Source of the DNA: an archaeon
GTDB taxonomy: Archaea > Nanobdellota > Nanobdellia > Pacearchaeales > GW2011-AR1
Length of the DNA stretch: 64,000 nt
Assembly (NCBI GenBank): GCA_018653485.1
Contig: JABHZE010000002.1
Span: 56,294-120,293, forward strand
Direction of reading: 5' to 3'
The notes beneath the pieces were generated by a model. That model did not search any database and was not told where the DNA came from. It worked only from the letters and a program-made list of their open reading frames with translations. This document shows, piece after piece, positions 28,334 to 37,396 of this stretch. A program made the position numbers and the translations under genes. The stretch's first letter is position 1. Each line of letters opens with the position of its first letter.

Positions 28334-28633
28334 TTATGCAGTTACCCCTAATCTACTATTTAAAAATTCCATTCTTTCTTGATACCCTTTTGTTTTTTCT
28401 CTGAATATTCTTGTATGCCCAAAAGGTTTTAGTTTAACCCTTTCACCTTCAATATCTGCTTCACTAATATGAAAATCCCATTCCCTGATATGGTCCCTTC
28501 TATTTCCATCCATTTTTTCTATAAATCCAAATCTACCATCACAAGTATTATCATAACGAATTACTTTTCTCTCACCTTCATAAGGTGTAACTATGATTAC
28601 TTGCTCTATTTGGTTAGGATTTCTTGGAGTCAT
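28334..28633 (-). CDS. Hypothetical protein between rpl23 and rpl2
   Basis: 99-aa ORF spaced 1 nt from both neighbours; no motif recognised. Confidence 0.7.
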   Translation of the reverse strand: MTPRNPNQIEQVIIVTPYEGERKVIRYDNTCDGRFGFIEKMDGNRRDHIREWDFHISEADIEGERVKLKPFGHTRIFREKTKGYQERMEFLNSRLGVTA

Positions 28634-28634
28634 C

Positions 28635-28871
28635 TTAAATCATACCTAATTTAGTTGCAACATCTATTGCAGGATTTTTTTTATTTAAATGAAGATATGC
28701 AAATTTCTTATTACTTCTTATTAATGTATTTATTGAATCAACTTTAACACCAAATAATTCTTCAAAATCTTTTTTAATTTCTATTTTTGATTTTCTTCTA
28801 TCTACCTCTATAACTAATTCATTATTTAATTCAATTAATCTTACAGCTTTTTCAGTTGTTACAAGTTTCAT
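28635..28871 (-). CDS. rpl23: Ribosomal protein uL23
   Basis: TEKA, KKFAY, A.DVATKLG. Confidence 0.95.
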   Translation of the reverse strand: MKLVTTEKAVRLIELNNELVIEVDRRKSKIEIKKDFEELFGVKVDSINTLIRSNKKFAYLHLNKKNPAIDVATKLGMI

Positions 28872-29662
28872 TTTCTTCCCCCTAAAACTTTATCTAATTC
28901 TGAAATTGCATTCTCACTAAATAATGTAACTCTAGCACCATTATCTGCTAAATCCCTAACAGTAAGTTCATTTACTTTTACAACTTCAATTCCTTTAATT
29001 TTCTTTTTTTCATCTTTCCCAATAACAAATAATAATCCTGCATTTTTCTTATTTTTTCTTCCTCTCATTTTTCCTTTTCCAGATCTAATCGTTTTCTTTT
29101 GGATAGAAACAGAGTATAATTCTCCTAAAATCTTTTCTAAAGATTTTAAAAATTCTTTTGTTTTTAATTCAAATATTTTTTCTTCAACAATTAAAGGGAG
29201 TTTATTATCTAATTTTTTAGTTTCTAATGAAAGATATTTCTTTTTTAATTCTTCAATGGAACTTGAATAACTTAGGGCAGATAATAACGCCTTTTTTAAT
29301 TCCTTTTTATTTATTTTATTAAGCAAAACACTTCCTTTTGGAGGATGAGCTCTTCTTCCACCTCTAGCAGAAGGAATAAGCGCACCAACCCAATTAAATT
29401 GAGTTCCTCTTCTAGACATTATTTTTCTTGGTAATCTTGATAACCCTTTCCCTCTATCTGATTTCCAAACATGCCTTCTTTTACTCAATGCACCTGAAGC
29501 AGATTTATCCATTCCAGCTCGATACTTTGGGGATGAAGGGTGTTTTATTTTTTCAGCTTCAATAACCTTAAAGATAATATCTTCTCTTATTGGTTCTTCA
29601 AATAAGTTTGTTTCAATTTCTTTTGCTTTCTTTCCATTTATGTCTAATATTTGAGTTTTCAT
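28868..29662 (-). CDS. rpl4: Ribosomal protein uL4
   Basis: GGRRAHPPK, RSGKGKMRGR. Confidence 0.96.
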   Translation of the reverse strand: MKTQILDINGKKAKEIETNLFEEPIREDIIFKVIEAEKIKHPSSPKYRAGMDKSASGALSKRRHVWKSDRGKGLSRLPRKIMSRRGTQFNWVGALIPSARGGRRAHPPKGSVLLNKINKKELKKALLSALSYSSSIEELKKKYLSLETKKLDNKLPLIVEEKIFELKTKEFLKSLEKILGELYSVSIQKKTIRSGKGKMRGRKNKKNAGLLFVIGKDEKKKIKGIEVVKVNELTVRDLADNGARVTLFSENAISELDKVLGGRK

Positions 29663-30636
29663 CTTATTTCAATAAATTCATAATTTTTTTTAAGTTGATT
29701 TTTAGATTCCCTATAAGGTGCCGTGATTAATAATTGTCTTTTGCTAGGCCCCTGTACACTTCCTGTTAAAATAATATAATCTGATTTAATTTCCCCATAT
29801 TTCTTAAATCCTTGTTTTTGGTTAATATCTTTATCTTTAATATTTTCAGATAATAAAATCACCTTGTTAAGGCTAACTCTATTAAAATATCCCATTTGTC
29901 CGGCCATTGGTTGAGTAAATTCAACTCTTGCAGGGTGCCAAGGTCCACCACTTCCAGGCCCTCTAACACCTTTTTCTGACTTATGAGATCTTAATCTTAA
30001 ACCAAATCGCTTTGCAGGTCCCTGATTACCTTTTCCAGTAGTAATTCCTCTAACATCCACTAATCCCTTATTAAAAACATCTTTAATTGAAATTTCTTTT
30101 GAAATATTATTCTTAACAAATTCTAATTGTTCTGCCTTACTTCCAGACAAACCAATTTCAGAAATATCAGGTCTTTTTTTAATATTAGTTTTCTTAACTT
30201 GAGAATACATAATTAATCTAATCTTATCATAATCATCTTCTTTAAAATCTTCAAATTTTCGATTTACAACATCCTTAGAGGTTGTACCTTTTTCATTTGG
30301 TAATTTTAATTTTCTCTTTAATTCTTTATCTAAATTTTGATTTAAAACTTCTCCTATTAATTTATTTTCTTTATAGAATCTAACAGAAAGAATCTTCATT
30401 GAAGGACATTCAAGAATTGTAACTGGAATTGTGACTCTTTTTCCTTTTGTTAAAGAATGAGCTCCATTATCTTTAACATAAGCAGATTTCATTCCAACTT
30501 TATAACAAATAAACCCTAATAAGTTTGTTTCATCTTTTGAAAGTGAGCTCCAACTAGCTCTTGGAAGGCTTTTCTTTGCCCTTACTCTTGGATAAAATTG
30601 AAGGCTTCCTGCCCTCGGTGTACTTCGTTTTGGCAT
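29659..30636 (-). CDS. rpl3: Ribosomal protein uL3
   Basis: PRAGSLQFYPR, GKGNQGP, AGQMGY. Confidence 0.97.
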   Translation of the reverse strand: MPKRSTPRAGSLQFYPRVRAKKSLPRASWSSLSKDETNLLGFICYKVGMKSAYVKDNGAHSLTKGKRVTIPVTILECPSMKILSVRFYKENKLIGEVLNQNLDKELKRKLKLPNEKGTTSKDVVNRKFEDFKEDDYDKIRLIMYSQVKKTNIKKRPDISEIGLSGSKAEQLEFVKNNISKEISIKDVFNKGLVDVRGITTGKGNQGPAKRFGLRLRSHKSEKGVRGPGSGGPWHPARVEFTQPMAGQMGYFNRVSLNKVILLSENIKDKDINQKQGFKKYGEIKSDYIILTGSVQGPSKRQLLITAPYRESKNQLKKNYEFIEIR

Positions 30637-30779
30637 TGTTCATATAAACCCATAGTTTTGATAGAAATAACTCTGAATTTGAGCCTGTCAGTTAAAACCA
30701 ACTGCTATCAAAAACTACTCAAATATATCTATAAGATACACTTGTATTACAATAACTCAAGAAATAATCCCTATTTAAA
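30637..30779 (-). promoter_or_regulatory. TATA box and long structured 5' leader of the rpl3 operon
   Basis: TTTAAA at 30774-30779; three nested stems in 30653-30717. Confidence 0.6.
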
Positions 30780-30791
30780 GCTTTCTTCTTC

Positions 30792-30930
30792 AAGGAGCTG
30801 TCCGAAAAGACTCAATTTAACTTAAAACTACTCGAATTTATATTTCTTCTCCCTCATAAATAGGGGGAGAAAAATTAAATTCTCGGAGAGGCAATAAAAA
30901 ATTTATAGAACTTCGGACAAAACTTCCTTC
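30792..30930. repeat. Large nested intergenic inverted repeat
   Basis: TGTCCGAA/TTCGGACA, GAATTTA/TAAATTC and TTCTCCCT/GGGGAGAA arms. Confidence 0.65.
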
Positions 30931-30935
30931 AAAAA

Positions 30936-31670
30936 TCAAGCCAAAAACTCAATTTCTTTACTAGATTCTTCCTTATCTACATTAAGTCTTCTAACAATCT
31001 TTCCCTTTCTCTTAGCCATTTCTCTGATTACAGCAAAATTTCCCTTATTTTCTCCAAGTTCCTCATCACTAGGCATTACTATTTCATCAATAAAAAAATC
31101 ATGAGCAATTTCAACATTCTTAAATCCTTTAGCTTCTTCATCAAATACAAATCTTTTAATCAATTCTTCATCACTTGTTTTTAATTTACAAAAATCAATT
31201 TTTAATTTTTTCCCTTCTTTTTTCTGACTACTAGCACCTTTCATAGATTTAGGAGATTTAGGTTTAATTTTTAAATCATATTTTTCACTCTTAAAACTCA
31301 ATCCAATAAATGCTTTTGGAACTTTTTCAGATAATTCAATAATTTCATTTCCACTCATTTCAGTTTCAATCATATATTTTCTTGCACCCATAGCCATCTT
31401 TTTTTCTTTATATTCAAATCCTTCTAAATCTAATGCTGCAATTAATGCACCTGTAACCAATACTTTTTCATCACCTAATTTTTCTGCAACAGAAATAACT
31501 AAATCCTTTGCATACTCTGCTCCAGAAGCTAATGTAAAATTACCCTTTGAATTTTTAACTCGAATTAAAGCCCTATTTTCAAATTCTCCCTTACTAAATT
31601 TTTGAAACTGCATATGAGCAATTTTATCTTCCTTATTTCCATCAAATATTTTTTTTATAAAACAATCCAT
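30936..31670 (-). CDS. Hypothetical protein
   Basis: 244-aa ORF with TATA box upstream; no motif recognised. Confidence 0.7.
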   Translation of the reverse strand: MDCFIKKIFDGNKEDKIAHMQFQKFSKGEFENRALIRVKNSKGNFTLASGAEYAKDLVISVAEKLGDEKVLVTGALIAALDLEGFEYKEKKMAMGARKYMIETEMSGNEIIELSEKVPKAFIGLSFKSEKYDLKIKPKSPKSMKGASSQKKEGKKLKIDFCKLKTSDEELIKRFVFDEEAKGFKNVEIAHDFFIDEIVMPSDEELGENKGNFAVIREMAKRKGKIVRRLNVDKEESSKEIEFLA

Positions 31671-31743
31671 AACATAAATTCACTTTCTTTATTTATAAAA
31701 CTTATGCCTCAAAGAGTAGGTTTATAAATAATTATAACAATAT

Positions 31744-32793
31744 ATGAGTATGTTAGGGAAGGATAATTTTAAAGGAGGTATAGTATTAACACTTTTAATA
31801 GTTTTATTTGGGTTAGCAGTATTAGTTATTAAACCCATTGTATTTTCAGTACTATATGGAATTTTATTAGGATATATCTTTTATCCAGTTTATAAATTAT
31901 TTTTAAAGAAAATAAAAAATGAAACAACTTCTGCAATATTAGTTTGTTTAGCTTTATTTTTTGTAATAGTAGCAGTGACTATTCTAATCTTAAACATCTT
32001 ATTAAGACAAATAATAGACCTCTATCTTTTACTTCAACAAATTGATATAGTTAATATAGCAAAAGATTCTCTTCCTGAATTCTTAGCCTCGTCTGAGTTA
32101 TCTGCAACAATTTTATCTTCATTAAACACAGGATTTTCAAATTTTATGGCAAACACCATTACAGGGTTTGGAGACTTTTTATTAAATCTCCCAATTATTG
32201 CACTTCATCTTTTTGTAGTATTATTTGTATTTTTCTTTACCTTAAGGGATGGAGAAAAAGCTTTGGAATACCTTAGAGATCTATTACCAATAAAAAAAGA
32301 AACTCAAGCAAGATTCTTTAAACAATTTAAAGATATTACAAATTCAGTTTTAATAGGACAAATAGTTATAGGAATTATCCAAGGTTTAATTGCAGGAATA
32401 GGATTTTATATTTTTGGAGTTGAAAATATAATTATTTTAACAATTATTTCTATGGTTGCATCAGTAATTCCAATTGTAGGTCCTTGGCTAGTCTGGATAC
32501 CTGTAGACATTTATTTATTCTCTATAGGTCAAAAAAATGATGCAATAGGATTATTAATTTATGGAGCAATAATTGTAAATTGGATTGATAATCTGATTCG
32601 TCCATGGTTAGTTTCAAGAAAAGCTAAAATAAATTCAGCAATAGTTATTGTAGGAATGATTGGAGGATTACTTTCTTTTGGAATGATTGGAATAATCATA
32701 GGACCATTAGTTTTAGCTTATGTAATTCTTGTTTTTGAAATTTATAAAAAGAAAACTCTTGACGAAACAATAATTTTCAAAGAAGAGAAATAA
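31744..32793 (+). CDS. AI-2E family transporter
   Basis: FFTLRDG, IPIVGP, DNLIRP, GIIIGPL. Confidence 0.92.
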   Translation: MSMLGKDNFKGGIVLTLLIVLFGLAVLVIKPIVFSVLYGILLGYIFYPVYKLFLKKIKNETTSAILVCLALFFVIVAVTILILNILLRQIIDLYLLLQQIDIVNIAKDSLPEFLASSELSATILSSLNTGFSNFMANTITGFGDFLLNLPIIALHLFVVLFVFFFTLRDGEKALEYLRDLLPIKKETQARFFKQFKDITNSVLIGQIVIGIIQGLIAGIGFYIFGVENIIILTIISMVASVIPIVGPWLVWIPVDIYLFSIGQKNDAIGLLIYGAIIVNWIDNLIRPWLVSRKAKINSAIVIVGMIGGLLSFGMIGIIIGPLVLAYVILVFEIYKKKTLDETIIFKEEK

Positions 32794-32795
32794 AG

Positions 32796-34277
32796 ATGAA
32801 ATTAAGAATAAAAAAATTAAAATTCTTAACAGGTAAGCCTGTTTGTATGATTCATGAAAACACTGCTAAAAAAATGAGTTGGAATGTTAGCGGGAGAGTT
32901 TTAATAAAAACAAAACAAGGAAAAAGTTTAGTTTCAATTGTAGACACTGTCTCTAGAATAATTAAACCAAATCAAATTGCAGTATCAGAGACAATTATAA
33001 ATAAATTAAATCTAAAAGCAAATCAAACTGTAGAAGTAGAGCTTGCAGAAATTCCAAGAAGCATAGAATTAATCAAAAAGAAATTAGAGGGTAAAAAATT
33101 AACTCCAAAAGAAATTAAAGAGATTATAACAAATATAGCAAATAATTCTCTTAGTGAGGTAGAAACTGCTTTTTTTGTTTCAGCAGTTCATGATGAAGGA
33201 ATGAATCTTAATGAAACCAAGGCTTTAACTCAGGCAATGGTAGATACAGGGGAGACATTAAAATTAGCAGGAAAGGTTGTAGATAAACATAGTATAGGGG
33301 GAGTTGCAGGAAATAGGACTACTCCAATAATTGTAGCAATATGTGCTACAGCAGGATTAATCATCCCTAAAACATCTTCAAGAGCTATAACAAGCGCTTC
33401 AGGAACTGCAGATACTATGGAATGCATTACTCCAGTAGACTTTTCAATTAAAGAAATAAAATCTATAATCAAAAAAACAAATGCTTGTCTTGTGTGGGGA
33501 GGAGCATTAGGATTAGCACCAGTAGACGATAAAATAATAAAAATAGAACGAGTGGTAAACATAGATTCCACAGCACAATTATTAGCTAGCATACTTTCTA
33601 AAAAAATTTCAGTGGGAAGTAAATATATTTTAATTGACATTCCTTATGGAAAATCTGCAAAAGTTAGTAAGAAAGAAGCAAAAGAACTTAAAAGAAGATT
33701 TTTACAACTTTCAAAAAAGTTTAAATTAAAATTAGATGTAATCTTAACAGATGGTTCTGAACCAATTGGAGATGGAATTGGCCCGGCTTTAGAAATGAAG
33801 GATATCTTAAAAGTTTTAGGAAATGTAAATCCTCCACTTGATTTAAGGGAAAAATCAATATTATTAGCAGGAAGATTATTAGAACTCGCAGGAAAAACAA
33901 AAAAAGGAAATGGAAAAAAATTAGCTACTGAAATATTAACTTCAGGAAAAGCATATAAAAAATTTGAACAAATAGTAAAAAATCAAAAAGGAAGTATTAA
34001 AAAATTATATAAATTAAAACCAAAATATTCTTATTCAGTAAAAGCAGAAACTAAATCTAAAATAAAGCATATAGATAATAAGTTAATTAATAGATTAGCA
34101 AGACATGCAGGTTGTCCAGAAGATAAGGCTTCAGGAATATTTATTCATAAAAAGAAAAATCAAACAATTCAAAAAAATGATAAAATTTTAACTATTTATA
34201 CAACTTCAAAAGAAAAATTAAATTATGCTAAAGAATTTTATAAAAAAAATAGAAAAAAACTTATAGAATACGGTTAA
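32796..34277 (+). CDS. AMP phosphorylase (thymidine phosphorylase family, archaeal type)
   Basis: Extra N-terminal domain, DKHSIGG, KTSSRAITS, GIGPALE, AGCP.DK. Confidence 0.92.
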   Translation: MKLRIKKLKFLTGKPVCMIHENTAKKMSWNVSGRVLIKTKQGKSLVSIVDTVSRIIKPNQIAVSETIINKLNLKANQTVEVELAEIPRSIELIKKKLEGKKLTPKEIKEIITNIANNSLSEVETAFFVSAVHDEGMNLNETKALTQAMVDTGETLKLAGKVVDKHSIGGVAGNRTTPIIVAICATAGLIIPKTSSRAITSASGTADTMECITPVDFSIKEIKSIIKKTNACLVWGGALGLAPVDDKIIKIERVVNIDSTAQLLASILSKKISVGSKYILIDIPYGKSAKVSKKEAKELKRRFLQLSKKFKLKLDVILTDGSEPIGDGIGPALEMKDILKVLGNVNPPLDLREKSILLAGRLLELAGKTKKGNGKKLATEILTSGKAYKKFEQIVKNQKGSIKKLYKLKPKYSYSVKAETKSKIKHIDNKLINRLARHAGCPEDKASGIFIHKKKNQTIQKNDKILTIYTTSKEKLNYAKEFYKKNRKKLIEYG

Positions 34278-34304
34278 TTCCTCAAAAATAAATTATTTAA
34301 TCAA

Positions 34305-36023
34305 TTAATATAAAAGATGATGAATTTCTTTTAAATGTCTTAAATGTTCCTTCTTCATTTCTTTCACACTTGTTTTATCTCTTTTTATTTTCTTCATTAA
34401 CTCAAAAAACTTTTCACCACCCATTACTTGAGGGATGATTACATAATCTGCTCCTTCCTTGTATAATTTTAATGCCTCACTTATTCTAGTGGTAATTACA
34501 AAAATAGGAACTTTTGAATTTAGGTTTCTAGTTTTCTTTATCAAAAGAAGATTATCTTCAAAATCAGGAATAGTGCTTATTACCATTTCAGCATTCTTTA
34601 AATTCGCTTTTGATAAAACTTCTGGATTTGCAAAGTCACCATAGATACAAGGAATTTTTTTATTTATAAGAGATTTAATTATTTCAGGATTATAATCAAT
34701 AACTAATAAATCCTCTTTATTATTTTTTAATTCTTTTATTAAAAGACTTCCAGCCCGATGGCATCCAAATAAAATAGTTCTCTTGCCATCCTTTACAGAA
34801 TATTCTAAGTTTTCTTTATCTGATTTAAATTTATTAAATAAAATCAATGGCAAATCCATATACTTTTCAATTTTTCGTTCATAAATTATAAAATAAGTTG
34901 TAAGAGACATAGTTATTATAGTCAATAAAACCAAAGCACTAAACAAATCCTGACTAATGTGCCCCAAACCTAATCCCAAAGTTACAATTATTAATGAAAA
35001 CTCACTTGTTTGCGCAAGAGCATTTCCAGTTAAAAAGGAAGTCTTTCTTTTATATCCAAATATTCTCACAGAAAACATAATAATCCAAGGTTTAATTACA
35101 ATAACTAAAACTAAAAGAATTAGCATTAAGATTAATAATTGCTTAGGAATAGGCGCTAATTGTAAACCTAATGCAACAAAGAAAATTACTGCAAAAAAAT
35201 CTCTCAAAGGACGTATTTTTCCCTCTATTTCAACTTTATAGTTAGAATTAGCTAATGCAACTCCTGCAAAAAACGCACCAATTATTAGAGATAATCCTGC
35301 AATAAATGAACCTATCACAAATGTAAATAAAAATGAAATAGAAACTAGAATTAACAATTCATGATTTTTAGCAGCAATATTAAAAATAGGATTCATCACT
35401 TTTGCTAAGATAATTGCAATAATTCCAAAGATAAATGCCTTTAACAAAACAATTAAAATACTATTGAGGGTTAAATCACTTGCAAGAACAGACAAAGCAA
35501 TTATAGCAATAATATCTTGAACAAGCAAAATACCAATAACAATTCTTCCATGTAAGCTATTTAACTCCCTTTTATCTGCCAACAATTTCATAACAATCAT
35601 AGTACTACTAAATGCCACAACTAGCCCAATATAGATAGGAGCTTTTCCAATAAATCCAAACCAAGTAGAAATAAAAAATGCAATAGCAAATAGAATTGCT
35701 ATTTGGAAAACGCCTCCAATTGAAGCAACCTTTCCAACCTCTCTTAATTTTTTGAATTTAATTTCTAAACCTGCTGTAAAAATTAAAAATGCAACACCTA
35801 TTTCAGATAATGATTTAACTAAATGAGGATCTTGAATTAACCCTAGTGCAAGAGGCCCTAACAAAATACCTGTAATGATATAAGCTGGAATAAGTGGCTG
35901 CCTTACTAATCTTATTAAAAAAGCAAGAATAGCCGCAATTATAATCATAATCCCTATTTCAAAGAATATAGTTAACTCTGATGGGACTAACGATATTAAA
36001 TTTTGACAGACACTTAAATCCAT
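34305..36023 (-). CDS. CPA2 cation:proton antiporter with C-terminal TrkA-N domain (Kef-like)
   Basis: FSST, VQD, GAFFAG, SEFS, YGD motifs. Confidence 0.92.
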   Translation of the reverse strand: MDLSVCQNLISLVPSELTIFFEIGIMIIIAAILAFLIRLVRQPLIPAYIITGILLGPLALGLIQDPHLVKSLSEIGVAFLIFTAGLEIKFKKLREVGKVASIGGVFQIAILFAIAFFISTWFGFIGKAPIYIGLVVAFSSTMIVMKLLADKRELNSLHGRIVIGILLVQDIIAIIALSVLASDLTLNSILIVLLKAFIFGIIAIILAKVMNPIFNIAAKNHELLILVSISFLFTFVIGSFIAGLSLIIGAFFAGVALANSNYKVEIEGKIRPLRDFFAVIFFVALGLQLAPIPKQLLILMLILLVLVIVIKPWIIMFSVRIFGYKRKTSFLTGNALAQTSEFSLIIVTLGLGLGHISQDLFSALVLLTIITMSLTTYFIIYERKIEKYMDLPLILFNKFKSDKENLEYSVKDGKRTILFGCHRAGSLLIKELKNNKEDLLVIDYNPEIIKSLINKKIPCIYGDFANPEVLSKANLKNAEMVISTIPDFEDNLLLIKKTRNLNSKVPIFVITTRISEALKLYKEGADYVIIPQVMGGEKFFELMKKIKRDKTSVKEMKKEHLRHLKEIHHLLY

Positions 36024-36073
36024 TTTAACAACCTCTTTACACCATAACTATAGGAATTCTACTTAAAAACATT

Positions 36074-36491
36074 TCTAAGAAATATTCTTTTAAAAAATAA
36101 ATCAAATCATGAAATTTTATTAATTTGCCAAAACAAATAGGATTATTATCACAATAATCGTAATCAAATACCAAACTCTTAATTTTTCTAATAATTTTTT
36201 TATCTTTTTATCATTTGGAACTTTGATGATGCCAAGAGTAATAAATGGCTCCTTAAAAATTTCAAAAATCTGAAAATCTATAAAATATTTTAGACTTATA
36301 TTATTATTTTCAATTTCATTTAATTTACTCCAAAGTGCAAAACGAATAAGACCTCCATATGTAAGCCATATAAACATTAAAATTACAAAAATAATTGCAA
36401 AAATAAAATCATCCATATTTGTAATAATCGCCATAACACCAGGGAATAATTAAGGTATATAAGGTTTGGGATATCTAAGAAATATTCTTTT
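36074..36491. repeat. 18-bp perfect direct repeats, 400 bp apart, flanking an orphan gene
   Basis: TCTAAGAAATATTCTTTT at 36074-36091 and 36474-36491. Confidence 0.8.
36120..36434 (-). CDS. Hypothetical two-TM membrane protein
   Basis: Two hydrophobic segments; own TATA box (TTATATA) upstream. Confidence 0.6.
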   Translation of the reverse strand: MAIITNMDDFIFAIIFVILMFIWLTYGGLIRFALWSKLNEIENNNISLKYFIDFQIFEIFKEPFITLGIIKVPNDKKIKKLLEKLRVWYLITIIVIIILFVLAN

Positions 36492-36534
36492 CAATCTCAT
36501 ATGATTTTTTAAACTATTTCATCTAATCTAATTT

Positions 36535-36828
36535 ATGGAAATACCAAAAGACCACATATCTCAGCTTTCAGAATACATGGAAAAAAACTTAATGAAGGGT
36601 TATCCAGTGGATTCCTTAAAGTTTTCATTAATGAGTCAAGGATATTCAAGAATTTCTGTAGATAGGGCTGCAGAAAAAGCAAACAAAAGAATTGCAGAAC
36701 AAATGCCTAAAATGAAAGAAAAACCTCAAATAATCCGAAGAGTAATAACAGACAATGAACCGATTCAAATCACACAAGAAACCCCTCAAGAAAAACAAGG
36801 ATTTTTTAAAAAAATTTTTAAGAGATAA
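36535..36828 (+). CDS. Hypothetical protein
   Basis: Leaderless ORF after TTTTAAA; KGY..SL..GY helical pattern. Confidence 0.7.
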   Translation: MEIPKDHISQLSEYMEKNLMKGYPVDSLKFSLMSQGYSRISVDRAAEKANKRIAEQMPKMKEKPQIIRRVITDNEPIQITQETPQEKQGFFKKIFKR

Positions 36829-36865
36829 ACCAAGATTTTTTAAACCTATATTTGGTCTCCATACT

Positions 36866-37339
36866 ATGAAAAATAAGAATGTAGGCTATTTAATCATAGG
36901 AATCTCAATAATAATTGTATTTATCATTTTGTTATTCAATAATGGGCTCAAAGAGATAGTTGATCAAACTTGTAGTCATGGTTCTTCATGCACTATGTAT
37001 GATACTATTGCAATTCAAACCTGGTTAAGTCTATCAACTGCAGCCTTAGTTTTCATTATAGGATTATTTTTAGTTTTTACAAAAGAACCCGAGAGAATAA
37101 TCATTCAAAAAGTAAAAGAAAAAAAGAAAAAATTGAATCTAAAGGGATTGGATAATGATGAAAAAAAAGTTATAAAAATATTGCAAAAAGAAAACAATGC
37201 AATTTTCCAAAAAACATTAATGGAGCAAATGGAAATCGGTAAAGTAAAAATAACAAGGTTATTGGATAAACTTGAAGCAAAACAATTAATTGAAAGAAAG
37301 CGAAGAGGGATGAATAATATTGTCGTTTTAAATAATTGA
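36866..37339 (+). CDS. Membrane-anchored winged-HTH (MarR-like) regulator with C-H-C loop
   Basis: Two TMs around CSHGSSC; C-terminal Q..L..KVKITRLLDKLEAKQLIERKRRG; start corrected to 36866. Confidence 0.8.
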   Translation: MKNKNVGYLIIGISIIIVFIILLFNNGLKEIVDQTCSHGSSCTMYDTIAIQTWLSLSTAALVFIIGLFLVFTKEPERIIIQKVKEKKKKLNLKGLDNDEKKVIKILQKENNAIFQKTLMEQMEIGKVKITRLLDKLEAKQLIERKRRGMNNIVVLNN

Positions 37340-37345
37340 TAGTAT

Positions 37346-37359
37346 TGAAACTAGTTTCA
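37346..37359. promoter_or_regulatory. Perfect 14-bp palindrome upstream of TATA box (candidate operator)
   Basis: TGAAACTAGTTTCA, about 10 nt before TTATAAAT (37369-37376). Confidence 0.55.
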
Positions 37360-37396
37360 CCTAAGCGATTATAAATAACATTTTTCTTAAAAAGTT

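Noticed and set aside
30265-30286. TACAAC/GTTGTA hairpin in rpl3, and small hairpins in secY, aglB and the ftsZ N-terminus
   Set aside because: Stems of 4-8 bp are expected by chance at this composition; not counted as family members without ortholog alignments.
30598-30825. 75-aa ORF on + strand
   Set aside because: Overlaps the rpl3 start, leader and promoter; TTG start; no motif.
30792-30930. SRP RNA or RNase P RNA identity for the long hairpin
   Set aside because: No SRP helix-8 or RNase P P4 consensus visible on either strand.
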